Source: Aplysia californica
Lineage: Eukaryota
Direction of reading: 5' to 3'
Assembly (NCBI RefSeq): GCF_000002075.1
Contig: NW_004797352.1
Location: 537,117 to 601,116 of the forward strand
DNA length: 64,000 bases
The number at the start of each line of letters is the position of its first letter. Position 1 is the first letter of the stretch. Of this stretch, positions 39,101 to 53,025 are shown piece by piece. The translations under genes and the position numbers were made by a program. The notes beneath the pieces are model-generated. The model was not told where the DNA came from. It saw only the letters and a list, made by a program, of their open reading frames with translations, and did no database searches.

Positions 39101-39278
39101 CATTTTTTCCACAGTAATTTCTGTTGAACCCATTCTCCAGGATAGCCGAGACTGTTTGAGAATCTGTGCCATGATACAGCCTTTTCTCATTTTTTGTATC
39201 CTTTGGATTGTGTCGCTCCAGTTCTTTTTTCTTTGCTTTGTACTGCTGGTACAAGGATACACTCTGGACACGCTGGAT
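39101..39278 (-). CDS. PARP14-like: PARP14/15-like exon (catalytic N-terminal half)
   Basis: IQRVQSVSLYQQY..NEKRLYHGT..GFNRNYCGKN; AG/GT sites, phase 0 in, phase 1 out. Confidence 0.93.
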
Positions 39279-40595
39279 CTGAGGGCATTTTTAAAGTGTG
39301 CGTGATAAGTGTCTAAATATCAAAGTGTAAAACAGCCTAACAAAAATAGATTCAAACTCCATGTATCTGTTAACCCCTTTAACCGTATGACGTACCTGGT
39401 ACGTTACAAATTGCCAAGTTTTTAGCTTTGTGCCATATCATTGACGCCACAAAAGTTGGCAAAATTTGCTGTTCCTTGTTGCCTATATGATGTTACATGT
39501 GCGTCACTCTTATTAACTGGTTTTAATTCTTCTGTATGGAGATTTAGCCACAAGAACAGCATGGATGTATATCCGGGAATAAAAAAAGTGCATATCAGTA
39601 CCAAATTTGCTATAATTACTTTACTGCTAGGCTTGTAAGCGATATATAAACATAGGTTTAGTCTTTCAATTTTGAGAGGATTATCATGGTCTGGAGGTAT
39701 GGTGTTTGCCTCTCATTCACAAGGTTCCGGGATTGAAACCTGACAGCGACAATAACATTTTCCTGTTCTCTAGTCCTGTTGTTTTCTGCTTTCATCTCAA
39801 ATTTCTGAAATCTAGAAGGGGAACCCAAAGAAGAAGAATTCACTTTTTGACTCAGTTTGCAAGTTTTTCAAAATTATGGGTAAGATTGGGAATATAGGGA
39901 ATAAGGAAAGTGATGTTATCAAAGACCCGCGGTCCAAAATATGTCACGAAAGGGCTAGATCAAAGACGTGAGTCCATTTTAAAATATTTACGCTGTGACA
40001 TGAGACTGCTTCCTGCAAATGAGCTCAGCTGAAAATCAGTGCTGAAAGTTGGAATGCAAAACCCCTTGAACTTCTATAAGCATGTATGACAAAAATATCA
40101 CTACTAAGTGGTCCAAAGGCTGTTCATACACACAATAAAAAGAATGATAAGCCCACATGTACTAAAAAAGAAACAAAAAACATGCAATCAAACAACATTA
40201 AACTCAGCAAAGACAAATCATCCATTTAAACAACAAAAGTGAGTGGTTGAAAAAAGGAGCACTAGGCATCTCGAAGGCAAAATTATTTCGATGCAAGGCA
40301 GCTCTACAAATGAAAAACAAAAATTACCACAGACCAGAAAAGACCAGTCATTAGTTTGAAGCACAGGAATGTTCAAACACCTTGTCAAACCAATCTTTAT
40401 CTTACTCCTGCCTTTGGTGCAACTTATACTTCGACTATATTGTACATGATGTACTTTTACTACTACTTTTGACTCAACAACAACTACCACTACTGCTGTT
40501 TCTACTACTGCTACTAATTACTAATACTACTACTACATGTAGTACTGAAAGTACTACTACTACTACAAACAAACCTCGCCGTAAAAAGTGATTAA

Positions 40596-41860
40596 CTCAC
40601 TCGCTGCTGCACCTGACTTGTCCCATTACAGCAACCACCCCGTTTTGACTTTCCTACACTAAAGCATGGATAACTCAAACAAGTCGGGGATGACCAATGT
40701 GTTCGACACATTCATAATATGGGTTAACTGATAATGAAAAATTAAAGAGGCATATCAGTCTAGGAATGGCAAATTGTGCATGTTCTCCATAGTTTTGAGT
40801 TTTCCATGTTTGTGTTTTCCGTGCCCCACTGTATTTATTTTTCTACTGTTACCCGATGTGTTTTGGGGCTGGTCTTCGCAGGTGTGCAACTGCTGTCCCT
40901 TATGAGTCGATTGAACATTGTTTGAGTTACATCCTTTGATAACTAATAAAATTTCCTTGATAGCATAATGACATTTTTATTTTTTCCCCAGGATGACCTG
41001 AAATGCATTTTGGCACTATGGCGAACGAATTTTGCAACATTTTCAAACTGACAGACCCATGTATGTCAATGAAGGGCCAGGTCAGATGTAAACTTTTCTA
41101 ATGCTGAAGAAGATGATAGGGGTGACGACACAAGTTATGTAGATGGTTTAGAACAAACGCTGAAGACGCATCGGGTCCCGGTTTGGCACCTAAAGACTTA
41201 AGAATCTCACGGGAAATGACTCCCAATGTTAGTTAAACCATTTAACTTTATTGTGGTTGTATCCCTTTGACCATCGGTCACCCAATAAGCGACCTGCTGA
41301 AACATGCTTACCTGACCTGCTTTTTATGTGAACAAGAAATAGAGAGCTGCTAGATGCTCCTTTCACAACCAACGAAGCGATCGGGATTATTGATTCAGGA
41401 GACGACAATGCTCCTGGCAATTTGTCCCTATTCTTATAGATAATATATCACTTTGTACTACTTGTTTTAAACCATTCTATTTGACTACGGTCAATTCTGA
41501 CATCCTGACATTGTGTGCTTAGCTCATAAAAAATGTTTTTTTTCACGTTTACGTATAATGTGCTTTTTCACATTAAACAGTATTTTTTCAAAGTTTTTAA
41601 AAAATCAAGCGTTTCCAGGGAAATTCTTGGTGAAAAACTTGCGTCTTCAATTGAACTGGCTCAATATTAATATCAATAGAAATAGTTTCATTAAATTAAA
41701 AAAAAAAGATTTTGACACACTTGCAAAAGACCCTGTTTTATTACCTTTTTGCAAGTTGCTTCACTTTAGGGAGGTGAATGATAAGTTAAAATGATTTTTT
41801 AAAATAGGTGCCAAACGACAGGCAATCTTGTGATGTTGAGCCATAAAGTGCCTGAGGGAG
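40596..41860. mobile_element. Possible non-autonomous piggyBac-like element
   Basis: TTAA|CTCACTC...GAGGGAG|TTAA; only short terminal symmetry. Another TTAACCCC..TATGACGTACCTGGTACG start at 39370. Confidence 0.3.
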
Positions 41861-42333
41861 TTAAAAGTACCTTGAAAATATGTTACATTTAAAAGCCATA
41901 GACACTGAGTTCTTGAGGGAAAAAAAGGCCATACTAGTTGATCGATATAACTCCTTATCTCCGGCAAGCTGCTCCCAGTGGCTCACTGTCAGAACCGCAG
42001 TGTCTCGGGAACATTCCTTTATGACAACTTCGATGTCTTTTACTGTTTGAAACTTGCTGAAAACAGGTCTCTTTTACTGGGAGTTCATTCATTTGATGAA
42101 GAACTATCAAAATAGATTCATTTATTTTGATTTGTTAATGACCAGTTTAGTGATGTATATACTTTTAGATATCAAACTAAAAACAAGGCATGGACATACT
42201 GGGTTCACACCAGAGGAGAAACGGCCATACCAGTATATTTTTATATGTGTCAAAGAAACATCTCCAGTGTGAGAAAATGAAACAGAAGAGAAAGACAAAA
42301 AGCTAAGCAATTGAAAATCAAGAGAACACTCAC

Positions 42334-42476
42334 CTTCTTCACTGCAGTTGTTTCACCTTTGTCATGAAAGGCCTTTTCAACTTTTTTGAATTCAGCAGAG
42401 TCATTTTTAATGTCTACTAACAACATGTTTCGACCATCTGGCATGGGAACCCAGGCCTTGTGCAAAGGCAAGCTTT
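42334..42476 (-). CDS. PARP14-like: PARP14/15-like exon (start of ART domain)
   Basis: ESLPLHKAWVPMP..LVDIKNDSAEFKKVEKAF..VKK|GTGAG; phase 1 in, phase 0 out. Confidence 0.88.
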
Positions 42477-43740
42477 CTGTAAACATGAAATGAGTAAGGA
42501 TTCAGAATTTGTCTCAGTTTCAATGGGGACCAATACCAGGCAAGAACATCTTGCTATAACAAAAGATCATTGAAAATATTTTACACCGCCACTGGCACAA
42601 TTTACATTATCAAAAATGTCAGCTCCTTCCACCCTGTCTATCAAGGCCAACCCTGACAATGTGGGATAGATCTAGGCATTCCTGCAGAAAGACAGAGATA
42701 ATCAACAAAATATCCTTCCTCCTTAGGACTCAAACTCGTGTCTTGTGCATGTGAAGCCAGAAGTGTAACTTTTACACCACAGATGCTAGTTGCTTCCTTC
42801 CAATGCCCCAGTACTCTCGGTAAAAAAAGAATTAAAAAAGGCAGTGAACTGGCATCAAGTGACATGAGATAAACATCATTAGTTCTGGCGTCATTTATAG
42901 TCACAAGGAATGGTGAGAGGACAGTAAAATCTCTACAAAGTCAACAAAAGGAGATGAATAGTAGGAAATACATTTTTCAGTTACTGGCATCGGCACGATA
43001 AAAGTATCTCGACTGGCTATAGAAGGAATAAAATTTCTGTTCTCAATCATCTCTCCCTCTCTCCCCCGCCCTTCTCTCATTCTCATTCACTATTTCTTCA
43101 ATCTCACTTTCAGGCATGCACGTACATGTACCACGAAATGTAACAGCACATCATTATATGACAAATAGGCATCTCTGTGAATAAATAATGCTTCAGTAGT
43201 TTTTGAAAATTTGAATAGTGGGGGCACTCCTTATTCTTATACATGGGGACCAAAGTAGGACCAGGAACACTTGCCACATGTCCTGTAATTTTGTTTCGGG
43301 GCTCTAATAATCAATTTTTCGATAGCTGATCTAAGAGCTCTAGGTGGATGATATAACTCTTAAAATAGTTTCAGATATATAAGGTGTTGTATCATTTAGA
43401 CATATGTAGCAGAAAAACACATTTTTCTATTTGATCCTTTGTTTTACTTGCAGCAAATGTAGTTCCTGAACTGCCTGAATGAGCAGATCAGAACAGATTG
43501 TCCAGACGCATTAGTTACAAAGAAGATATCGGATAAAGGTATCTCTCTTAATGAATTTCTCTCTAAAACTAAAATACCAATGATGTTTTCCCGTTACTGC
43601 ATAAAGGAAATATCAAAATAGTACCTTCAGCATTTTCTGTAGAATGTTGATCAATCATTGCATAAATGATGGGAAGTCTCCTCTGAGTCTACCTGTATTA
43701 AAAAAGATATTCCAGGACAACAAAACAAGAAAATACTCAC

Positions 43741-43943
43741 CTTGAAGAATGTTATATCTCTGAATTTTGATATCATTCCCAACAGGTTTGCCTTGATCAT
43801 CAACTTCCTGCTCTTTCATGTCTTTGAAATCTATAATGTAACTTTTTCCATTTGGAACTGTAAAATGATAGGTCCGGTTATCACCAGGATGTTTTTGATT
43901 GCCCTTGTACGTGTTGTAAGCGGTTTCAATACTGATGTTGGAC
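43741..43943 (-). CDS. PARP14-like: PARP14/15-like exon (WWE domain second half)
   Basis: SNISIETAY..YIIDFKDMKE..IKIQR; CAG acceptor, GTGAG donor; phase 2 in, phase 1 out. Confidence 0.88.
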
Positions 43944-44637
43944 CTGAGAAAAGTTATAAAAGTATTTGAAGGATTAAACAGGCAGCATCTTTAAGAAAAG
44001 AAATTGTAAGCAATAAAGGAGAATTAAAGTGTTCCCCATAAAATAGGAAAAAAAATGCAACTGTTTATTGCTGTCAACTGACTGGAACTTTAATACCAAA
44101 AACTCTGATCAACACCGTGGCTTAGAAATAGAGAACTCAATTTCCATACCAAATTTACTGGATTCGATTCTAGTAGTTTAATTCAAGTCTTATATATCGT
44201 CTGCCAGCCGTTAAAAAGTACAGAGCCAAAAATTTCCAATTTTTTCAAAATTGCAGTTTCATAATCTGTGGTATCGATTACATGTGCTTAAGACATATTT
44301 TGTCGAAATCTAAATGTTGAAATAAAAAGCAAGAAAAAAATACATCCTATAGATCTAGGTAAAAGGGTAAAAAGAATGAAACAGTTTTTTCTCTCTCCTG
44401 TAAACTCTTGCTTTCTGGGCTTAGTACATTTCAACAACTTGCCGATGATATTAACTCACCTGAGCCTGAGCTATTTTTCACCTAACAGCAGCTCGACAGT
44501 TTTGGGGTATATACTGATATCGTTAACCACCAAAAGAATGTGAAAACTATCATAATAAAAAGATGCAAAGAAAGAAAGAAGGAAATGTGAGGCATAGTGG
44601 TGAAATTAGGCGTTCGTCAAAATAAAGAAATTGAAGA

Positions 44638-47600
44638 TATAATGATACGATACAGACTGAGAATAGCGTGAGACGATATTTTACTGTTTGTATCTAGCAG
44701 GTCAGGTGATCTTTCTGCCAGAACGAGTGAACACAGCAGGTGAATCTGGTGGTGCTGCTGGTGGTGAGGGTACTGCTGAGGTGTTGACGGTTGGACGATT
44801 CTATGTTTTTGGGTAGTTGCATTTGTCACTGTGACGAGTTTCTGATGTTGGCACTGTTTTTTCTCAGTGTTCTTCCCGTTGGTATTTCTACAATATAAGA
44901 TCTTGGTTCATGACATTTCTCTTTGATCACTGCTTCTTTCCATTTGCTTGAGGGTTGATCTTGGAATCTGATGTGCTGGCCTGGAGTCAGTGGTGGTAAG
45001 TCTTTGGCCTTGGTGTCATGGTATGATTTCTGAGCGTCTTGACGGTGCTGTAGTTTTTCACGAACGAGATCGTTGGTTGGATTTTTGGGGTGTTGAGTGA
45101 GAAGATTTCCACGAGGTTTTCTCCCAGTGATCAGCTCTGAGGGACTTGGGATTATGGAAGATATTGGAGTTGTGCGAAGGCATAAGAGGATAAGGTCAGG
45201 GTCACTACCGTCTTGTTTTGCCTTGATGAGAGCTTGTGTTACTGTCTGCACCTGTCTTCCGATGAAGCCATTTGACTTGGGGGTAGACGGAGGAAGAAGT
45301 GACATGATCAAAGCACCAGTCCTTGGCAAATTATTTTAATGGTTTTGCCGAAAACTGGGGACCCTTGTCTGATTTGAGGGATTTGGGGATTCCATGTTCA
45401 GCAAATATCTGCTTCATCACTTGACAGTGGTCTTGCAGGTATAGTCGTTTGGGAAATTCTTGCAGACGAAAAACTTGTTGAAATAATCAGCGACGAGGAT
45501 GTGTTGGGTGTTGTCTAATGAGAAGAAGTCTACACCCAAGACTTTCCAGGGCTGTGTCGGAATCTCATGGGGGTTGAGTGTTTCCGGCACTTGGTTCTTT
45601 TGGTGCTCCTGGCAGATGGGGCACTGAAATGCCAGCTTCTCAATGTCCCTTGAAATGAGGTTGCCAGTACACGAAGGCTCGTGCCCTTAATCTGGTCTTC
45701 TCTACCCTTTGGTGTGCTGTGTGCACTTGTCTCATTGTCTCTTGTTGGAGGCTCTGCCGGATGACCCCAGATCACATTTGAGTACGATACCGTACGATAC
45801 CGTCCTCCACAGAAAGTTTGTCTCGGAACGATCAAAAACTGTGAATAGCTTCGGGGACCTCTTGTATGGTGTCTGACCATCTGTTGACGATCGTTGGGAT
45901 GAGTTTGCTCAGAGTAGGATCACATTTGGTTTCTTCTTGGAGTGACTTGATTCGGTCCGTGCTGAATCCGACTTGGCCAACGGTGAGGTCAAAGTCGATG
46001 GTCTTGTCATTTCCGGGGCTTGGCAGTCTGAACAGTAATATAGTATAAAGCGCATAGAGCCTGCTGTTGAGCGGGGATATGCGCTATACAAATGCTATCT
46101 ATTATTAACAGTGTGTCGGCTACTGTCATGTCCTTGCTAGGCGTGTATTCGATGGTGAAATCGTACTGTTGTAATCTGAGGAGCATTCGCTGCAGCCTGG
46201 GAGGTGCTGTGACAAGAGGTTTGTTGAGGATCATGACGAGCGGTTTTTGATCTGTTCTGACGAAGAATTTCTGACCGTAGAGATAGGTGTGGAACCGTTC
46301 TACTTCATAGAGGATGGCCAAGAGTTCTCGTTCAATGCAGGCGTATCGTGTTTCGGCATCTGTCGGAGTCTGGGATGCATATGCAACAGGCTTGTCATGC
46401 TGAAGGAATGTCATGCCTACACCTTTGATACTTGCGTCTGTCTCCAGTGTTGGTGTTGTACCCGTGTCGAAGAAATCAGAGTGGCGTTCTCTGAAACTGC
46501 ATTCTTCAGAGCGTGGAAGCATTTCTGATGGTGTTCGCCCCAGTTGAAGAACGAGTCCTTCTTCAGGAGTTCTCTGAGTGGCGCTACTTTTTCTGCCAGT
46601 TTGTTGATGAATGGCGACATGTATGTAGGTCACTAATCCAAGGAATTCCTGCAGTTCTTTCTTGGACGCTGGCGCTAGCATGGCTTTAAGGTCGTTGAAC
46701 TTGTCAGGATCAGGATGCATGCCTTCAGGAGTGTATGTGGCGCGGAAGAATGTGATGGACTGAGTCTTTACGGTACACTTCTCTGAGTTGAAGACCAATC
46801 CATTCTCTACCGTGGCTTTCATCAGATTGCGCAGGCTTTCGTCATGTTCTTCTTCTGTCTTTCCGTAGACTACAACGTCGTCCGAGATGCCGGTGGCTCC
46901 TTTCACGTTTTCAAGGATCTGGTCCATTTTCAGCTGGAAAATGACTTGAGAGACCTTGAGATCGAATGGTAGTCTAGTGAAGCAGTATCGGCCATATGGA
47001 GTCGGGAACTTTGTCAAGAGCCAGCATTCTTCGTCGAGCTGAATCGACCAGTAGCCACTCTTGGCGTCCGATTTGGAGAAGTAGCGACTTCCACAGAACT
47101 GATGCGTCAGCTCTTCAATGGTTGTAATCTTGTGGTGTGACCGTTTCACTGCAAGATTCAGGTGACGTGGATCTAAGCAGATTCGAAGCTTCCCTGACTT
47201 CTTCTTGGAGTAGGCGAGGCTTGATACCCAAATCCGTTGGCTCTGTTACCTTTCTGATCACATCACTTCCCACCATGCTGTCAAACTCTTCTTTGATCGC
47301 ATCTCTGAGAGCAATCAGAGTTTTCCTTGGTGCGTCGATGTGTGGCGGGACGTCTGGATCCACCACTAGCTTGACGAGGCTAGGCATCTTACCGATTCTC
47401 TCGATCTGTTCTGGGTGGCCTTTCATCAGGTCCTGGACGCAAATGATCCTGTCTTTGGTCGATGGGGGTGATGTTGAAATGCTGCAGTGCAGTGTTACTG
47501 CTTTCAAATTTTCACATGACGGCAGTCCAAAGATGCCAGGTCCTTCTACGTCTACGATGTAGAATCCTGTTTCCTGCCACTCGCCTCTGTAGCGAGAGGG

Positions 47601-49014
47601 AAAAACTATCTTGCCAAGGCAGGGAATGTCTGTGCCGTTGTAGGCAGTCAGCCTTGTGCTGCCTTTCTCTCTTAAGATCTGTTTGGGCCGGGCTCCCCTC
47701 CGTTGTCAGCTCCTCAGGGAACATGTCCCTAAGCATGCGTAGGGGCAGTGTGTTCCCCTGTGCGTCTGTGTCGACCTTGACAATGATGTTGTGTTGCCCA
47801 GCTCTGTTTGGAGATTGTATTGTGAGCTTGACAAATGCTTCATCGCGTTGTAAGGCGTTGAAGAAACTGAAGAGACGGTGACTGGGCTGAATGTTAGGTC
47901 GTCAAATTTCTCTGCGTTGATTTCAGTCTGCATCGCTTTGATTTTTGCCTCTAGCTGCTTCTGCTGATGTCCTCCACATCAGCTGCCTGATCCGTCACGT
48001 TGTTGCCCGTGTCTGCGTGAAGGGATGCGTGAAGACTGGTGAGGCCCGGAACGGCAAACTTTGGCGAAGTGGTTAGTTTTGCCACAGGTATGGTAGGTAA
48101 TATCATGGGCTGGGCATTCCCGTTGTATGTGCTGCCCAATGCAGTTTCTGCAAGGAGGACGAGTGCTGGATTTGATGGCTAGCTGTGGCCTCGAACGTGC
48201 GACCCATCTTTATCACATCAGCCAATTTGACACCCTTTTGCTGTTCAGGAAGTTTCCTTTGGAAGTCTCCGATGGGTGTGCTTGAAATGATTAACTCGAT
48301 CAGTCTCTCTTCCAGTTCTGCCGTACTGTCAAATGCACACTTCTGTGACTGGAGCTGCGCCCTTGTCACAAAATCGTCTAGTGACTCTGATTTGACCTGC
48401 CTCGTGTTCAGCCGGCTCGAGTTGTTCGCCCAGTTTTTGGAATATAATATCTGGATCTTTCTTTTCAGCGTCTGTGAGTGTCATAGCGTTAAACATCCGA
48501 AGGCCTTTCTCACCAATTTGGAGGAATATGTGGGCGACCTGGTCGTCCTTATGTACCGTCTTTGTGGCAAAATATAGGTCGAGTCTTTGTTTGAACATTT
48601 TGAAGGAATCTGCCACGTTTTCGTTTTCCCACATCATCTTGGGAATCTGCTTTGAGGACATATTGACAGTTAATGACCTCTATTCTAGATCTAACTACAA
48701 GCTCGAGCGGGTGAGGCTAAAAAATAATAAACAACAGTTTACTCGGCCCCAAAAGCCTGATTGTAGGCTTCTACTTCTAGCTAGAGGCACACTCACGGGG
48801 ACCGGATCTGCTGCTTGTTTATTTTTACTGCTGCCACCATAATATAATGATACCAAACAGATTGAGAATAGTGTGAGGTGATTCATATACGTTGAGCGGG
48901 TAGCCTAGTTTATTCAGGAAGTGGAAGTAGGGCGATACAAGGTATGCGCATGTGTAGTATGAGAGCTGTTAGTTACTCTTACTATAGTTTCGTATTGGAG
49001 GCAATCATATCACA
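44638..49014 (-). mobile_element. Decayed Gypsy/Ty3 LTR retrotransposon in a PARP intron
   Basis: gag, protease (IDTDA-like site), RT (DAKSGYW, ISDDVVV), RNase H (ETDASIKG, IERELLAI), integrase (SNGFIGR.VQTV) in Gypsy order; 5' LTR 48843-49014, PBS TGGTGGCAGCAG (tRNA-Leu-like), 3' LTR reduced to ~35 bp; GAAGA TSD. Confidence 0.9.
46037..46106 (+). mobile_element. 70-bp 5'-truncated SINE B / L2-tail insertion in Gypsy pol
   Basis: One mismatch to the 22544-22613 tail; AACAGT TSD; removal restores ADTLFRLP. Confidence 0.9.
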
Positions 49015-49700
49015 GAAGATATCAGCTTCTTTCCTCCAGTCTGACAATTTTTTTCTAATTTCAGTGCGGATTTTACTGAAAAACATCACAACAAATGTAA
49101 ATTTTCAGTTTCCAAGTACTCTCAAGCTTTGGAAATCACCAGCTTTGACGGCCATTTCCTAGCTAATTTTACCTCTGAAACCAAGAGACCCCGACCTCCT
49201 TCAATCGCAAATATCTGGGCTTCTATTCAAGATAGGTATGTATTTTTTTCATCACAAGATGGTCAAATGAGCAAGCTTTAAGACGATACCAATAACTCTA
49301 GATGCCCAACGATTGTGAGCGCTTGATTCTACCGCATCATGATACAAATGCTGTCACAGAAAGAGAAAACTGCAACTTATTCGTCCCAATAGTTTCTATA
49401 TCATCAATATTTTTTCCCCCCGCCCAATTTGTAATAAAATCATTTAACAAAAAAATAACTGTCCTGAATGGAATAAGCAACACCAAGTGTTCATATTACT
49501 TCTTTTATGTGTTACAGAACATTTTCTGAATAACTCAGAAACAACATAGAAGCAATTAATTCAACCTATGTGTGTTGAGTGAGGTGTGGAAGCATGAAAT
49601 TGAATCCCAGCGGGAGTACATCATGAAGCATTTCAGAAATGGTGCGACAGTATCCCGTAGCTATAGTTCTTTCTGAAGTCCATACCGAGTTTCTCACTTT

Positions 49701-49831
49701 TAGTTTAGTTTTAGTAGAGGTTCGTTACAAGAGAGTAACAAACATAAAAAAGAAGTAGGGGAGATAAGGAAGATAGAAGTTTCATAGGAAAGAAGAAGCA
49801 AACCACACCAGAGCACCCGCCAACCACCCAC
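49701..49831 (-). mobile_element. Very short retroposon related to family C, 11-bp TSD (relative at ~51735-51907, plus strand)
   Basis: TTTCTCACTTT at 49690-49700 and 49832-49842; CTCTACTAAAACTAAAC tail. Confidence 0.75.
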
Positions 49832-50675
49832 TTTCTCACTTTGAGTATTGTAACACCTGCAACTAATTGATGGAGTGCTACTGTTCCCTCAACTGGAACT
49901 AATAGATTTGTATATCACTTGGACTGGACGTGGAAGAAGAAGAAAGCTATTCTGATTCCAACTTTCACTTTCACTTTTCACCCAACTCTGACTCCAACTG
50001 TGAGCTTGAGCTACAGCCCTATCCATTGAACTAGCAGCTTTTAGTAAGTTCTGAAGGATATTGTGGGAGCTTTAGCCTTCACTACCAGACCCTCAAAACA
50101 CTTCAAACATGTTTCATTTATGTCTTTGAGAGGCTATCTCCACTGTAAAAACGACAGTTTAAAAATATATAAATATAAAATGATTACCTCATTTCAAATA
50201 CAATTACAGTTAGTTTATGTAACTATAGACATGTTAACAAAAAGATTCCTCCTCAACAACTTGTTTGAATTTAACTCACTGGAGACTGGGCCTTTTTCGG
50301 GTTTACGTGCGCCTAAGACTGGCATTTTCAGGGAATTTCAATATTTCAAACAACACCCTTCCCAAAGACATACAACCACCATCTTTACACACATGACAGA
50401 TTTAAACATGTCCAATATGACACAAAAAACAGGAAGGCAATATCTTTTATAGTTTTCTAAAAATTATTTTTTGAAAATGTGCTAAAATTTGTTGCTCGCC
50501 AAAAATTTTTGACCTAACGTCTTATGTAAAAAAAAAAAAAGCCAATACCCCCCCCCCCCCCCCAAATTAACCTTGTGTGTGTCTTTTATTGCGTTTTGAG
50601 TTTCAAAAAAATGAATAAAAGGTCCAAACTCAGGAATAGGCAGGTAATCAATATATGGTAATCCTTATGTATTAG

Positions 50676-51503
50676 CAGTGGCGGTGGGTGGACCAAGATT
50701 TGGGTGGGGCTTAGGTTTCTTCCACTTGTTTACCACCAAAAAGCAAGCAATAAGAACAAAAAGTGATGATTTTTCTATACTCACGACTCACGGCGAGCCA
50801 CGGCATTTTGAGAACCATTCAAACGAGAAGAGTCACCTTTGTCTGCCATCTCTTTGTTCTTAGTTAAATTTAAGCTCTTCTGGATGGTGGGGACGAAGCC
50901 GTTTCACCTCCAAATTTCTCTAATTAGTTTTTATCTGAAGAAAAAGTTGCCTCAAAAGTGGTTTGATGTAATTAATAACTGTTAAATCTCAGCGGCACAA
51001 ACACACAGCACTCCAAACACATACCGTCAATGAGGTGGATTGGGTCGTGTTGTTGCGGAAAATAGAACACGCTTAACAAAGGCCCAATGGGCGCATAGGT
51101 ATCTGTGTCACTGGGGGAAAGTGTGTCGTAAACTTTCACCCCATTGTCAGGGCTGGGAGAGCGTGAGCCCTCTGTGCAGTGTTATTTTTTTAACGTCTTC
51201 TACCTTTTTACAAGAAGAGTTTCATTAAAGACGGGCGTGAGAACCGGCTTATTCTTTCTGAGCCCTAACGACATTTGATTTGCTGTAAGGTTACTATAGT
51301 TGTAAGCGGTGACAACAATGATTGGACAAACGGGAAAGCCGCCAGGCTGATAACTGTGTGTTCATTGTCCGCGATCATAACGGGTTCAACAGCTTATTTC
51401 GTTATTTTAGAAACTTTCATTAACTAAGGGATAGAGTTGGAGTGGGGACGGGGTGGGGGTGTGGGGCTTAAGCCCGTAAGCCCTTCACTACCCACCGCCA
51501 CTG
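50676..51503 (+). mobile_element. Complete hAT-type MITE
   Basis: 14-bp TIRs CAGTGGCGGTGGGT and perfect 8-bp TSD TGTATTAG. Confidence 0.9.
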
Positions 51504-52622
51504 TGTATTAGCTGTCTAATCCACTTCAGTGTGAAAAAAACCCCAGGGCTCCAGGCAAAGCCAATTTTTGCATTTAAAGCCTAGTCTAGACCTAGAACAC
51601 TCTCTATCAGAATCAGTGCTTTGATGCTCATTTAAATTGAAATCAGGATCCCCATGGTCTAAAATATCATAATCAGAATTTTCTGAACTGTCAAAGTCGT
51701 CAAACACTTGAAAAATATTAGCTTTTTGGGCTGCCAAGTGGGTGGTTGGAGGGTGCTCTGGTGTGGTTTGCTCCTTCTTTCCTATCAAACAACTCTCGTC
51801 CAGATCTCTCCTCCTTTTTTGTGTTTGTTACTCTCTCGTAACACCTAATCTTTGGCATTTATATGACCTTATTGTGTTTAAAGCGCCATAAAACTCTTAC
51901 TAAAACAAAACGTGCTGCCTTCTTACTGACAAAGTGTTGCGAGATCAGACACCAGTCAGAGAAACGAAAATAGGGCCTGAGCATAACTAATTTTCCTTCC
52001 AGGTCGATAACTCAAAAAGGTTCCGGCCAGTTCCGGGGAAACTTCGCACGAAACGAAACAAAGGTCGGCTGCACGGTAAGAGACAGTTCACGCAGCGTTT
52101 GCACGCAGACTTTACTGAGGAGAAATCGTGACACTTGTGCTCGCAGGGGGTGCGTGAACCGCCTTTCGGGAAAATATTGGTGCTCGCAAATGCTGCGTGA
52201 AACGTCTCCAGTGAGATGAGGCCCACACATTTTGAGTCCTGCCCCACTGAGCCTACTGGATCTGAGCTCCTGGGGAACGACTACTGGGTGTACACTCCTC
52301 TGAGCTGAAGTGTACATTCAGTACACAGAAGGGTAAAGGTAGTCATGCTTAAGCGTGTGATCGGTTTCATCAGGTTGAGTATATTGTAGAAAACAATTAT
52401 GCTGACGTAGATATCTTTATGAAGTGTCCAAACATTTCTGAACAGACACAGTAGTTGATTGTTCTTGGATATCTTAGCTAGAGTGGTGCATCTGTAAGAG
52501 ACTATTTGTTATAGAAGAGTAAAATTTGTCATTTGGTACATATGGTTTTGTAACTGCACTGTAAACTATTAGAGAGCGCCAACAGAGAAATCACATTATC
52601 TAAAAATATTTTGAAAACTTAC

Positions 52623-52840
52623 TGCGGATCAAAATCCCTGAATCTGCTTCTGGACATGTACTGCCAGTGAAAGGCAACACTTGTCTGTGCAAACTGCTCA
52701 TTTATGGCCTTAAGATGCATACTATGCAGTATCTCTTGTGCAAGATGTACTGAGAATCCTTCCAAGGTGATGCAACCTTTGCTAGTATCCACTGTAGCTT
52801 TCACACGCTTTTTAAGACACTCTGCTTTCAGTTCCTTTAC
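52623..52840 (-). CDS. PARP14-like: PARP14/15-like exon (KH-like end plus WWE start)
   Basis: VKELKAEC..GCITLEG..FHWQYMSRSRFRDFDP; CCCCAG acceptor, GTAAG donor; phase 0 in, phase 2 out. Confidence 0.85.
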
Positions 52841-53025
52841 CTGGGGAAGAACATTTTCCAAACATAGGCCACAAAGAACAGCTGAAAACAATGCATTTTT
52901 CTCATTTGAATACATACCTCTAAGCAAACTGTTGTCTTGGCCATTTCAGGCCTGCCAACGTTTCAAAAGCCAGAATAGGTCAATGCTTGTCCCAAAAGCT
53001 AAAATATGCATGTATGTAATAATAC

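Noticed and set aside
46007-47149. 380-aa ORF as a functional gene
   Set aside because: Frameshifted Gypsy RT/RNase H with an altered catalytic motif, ending in a SINE-tail insertion.
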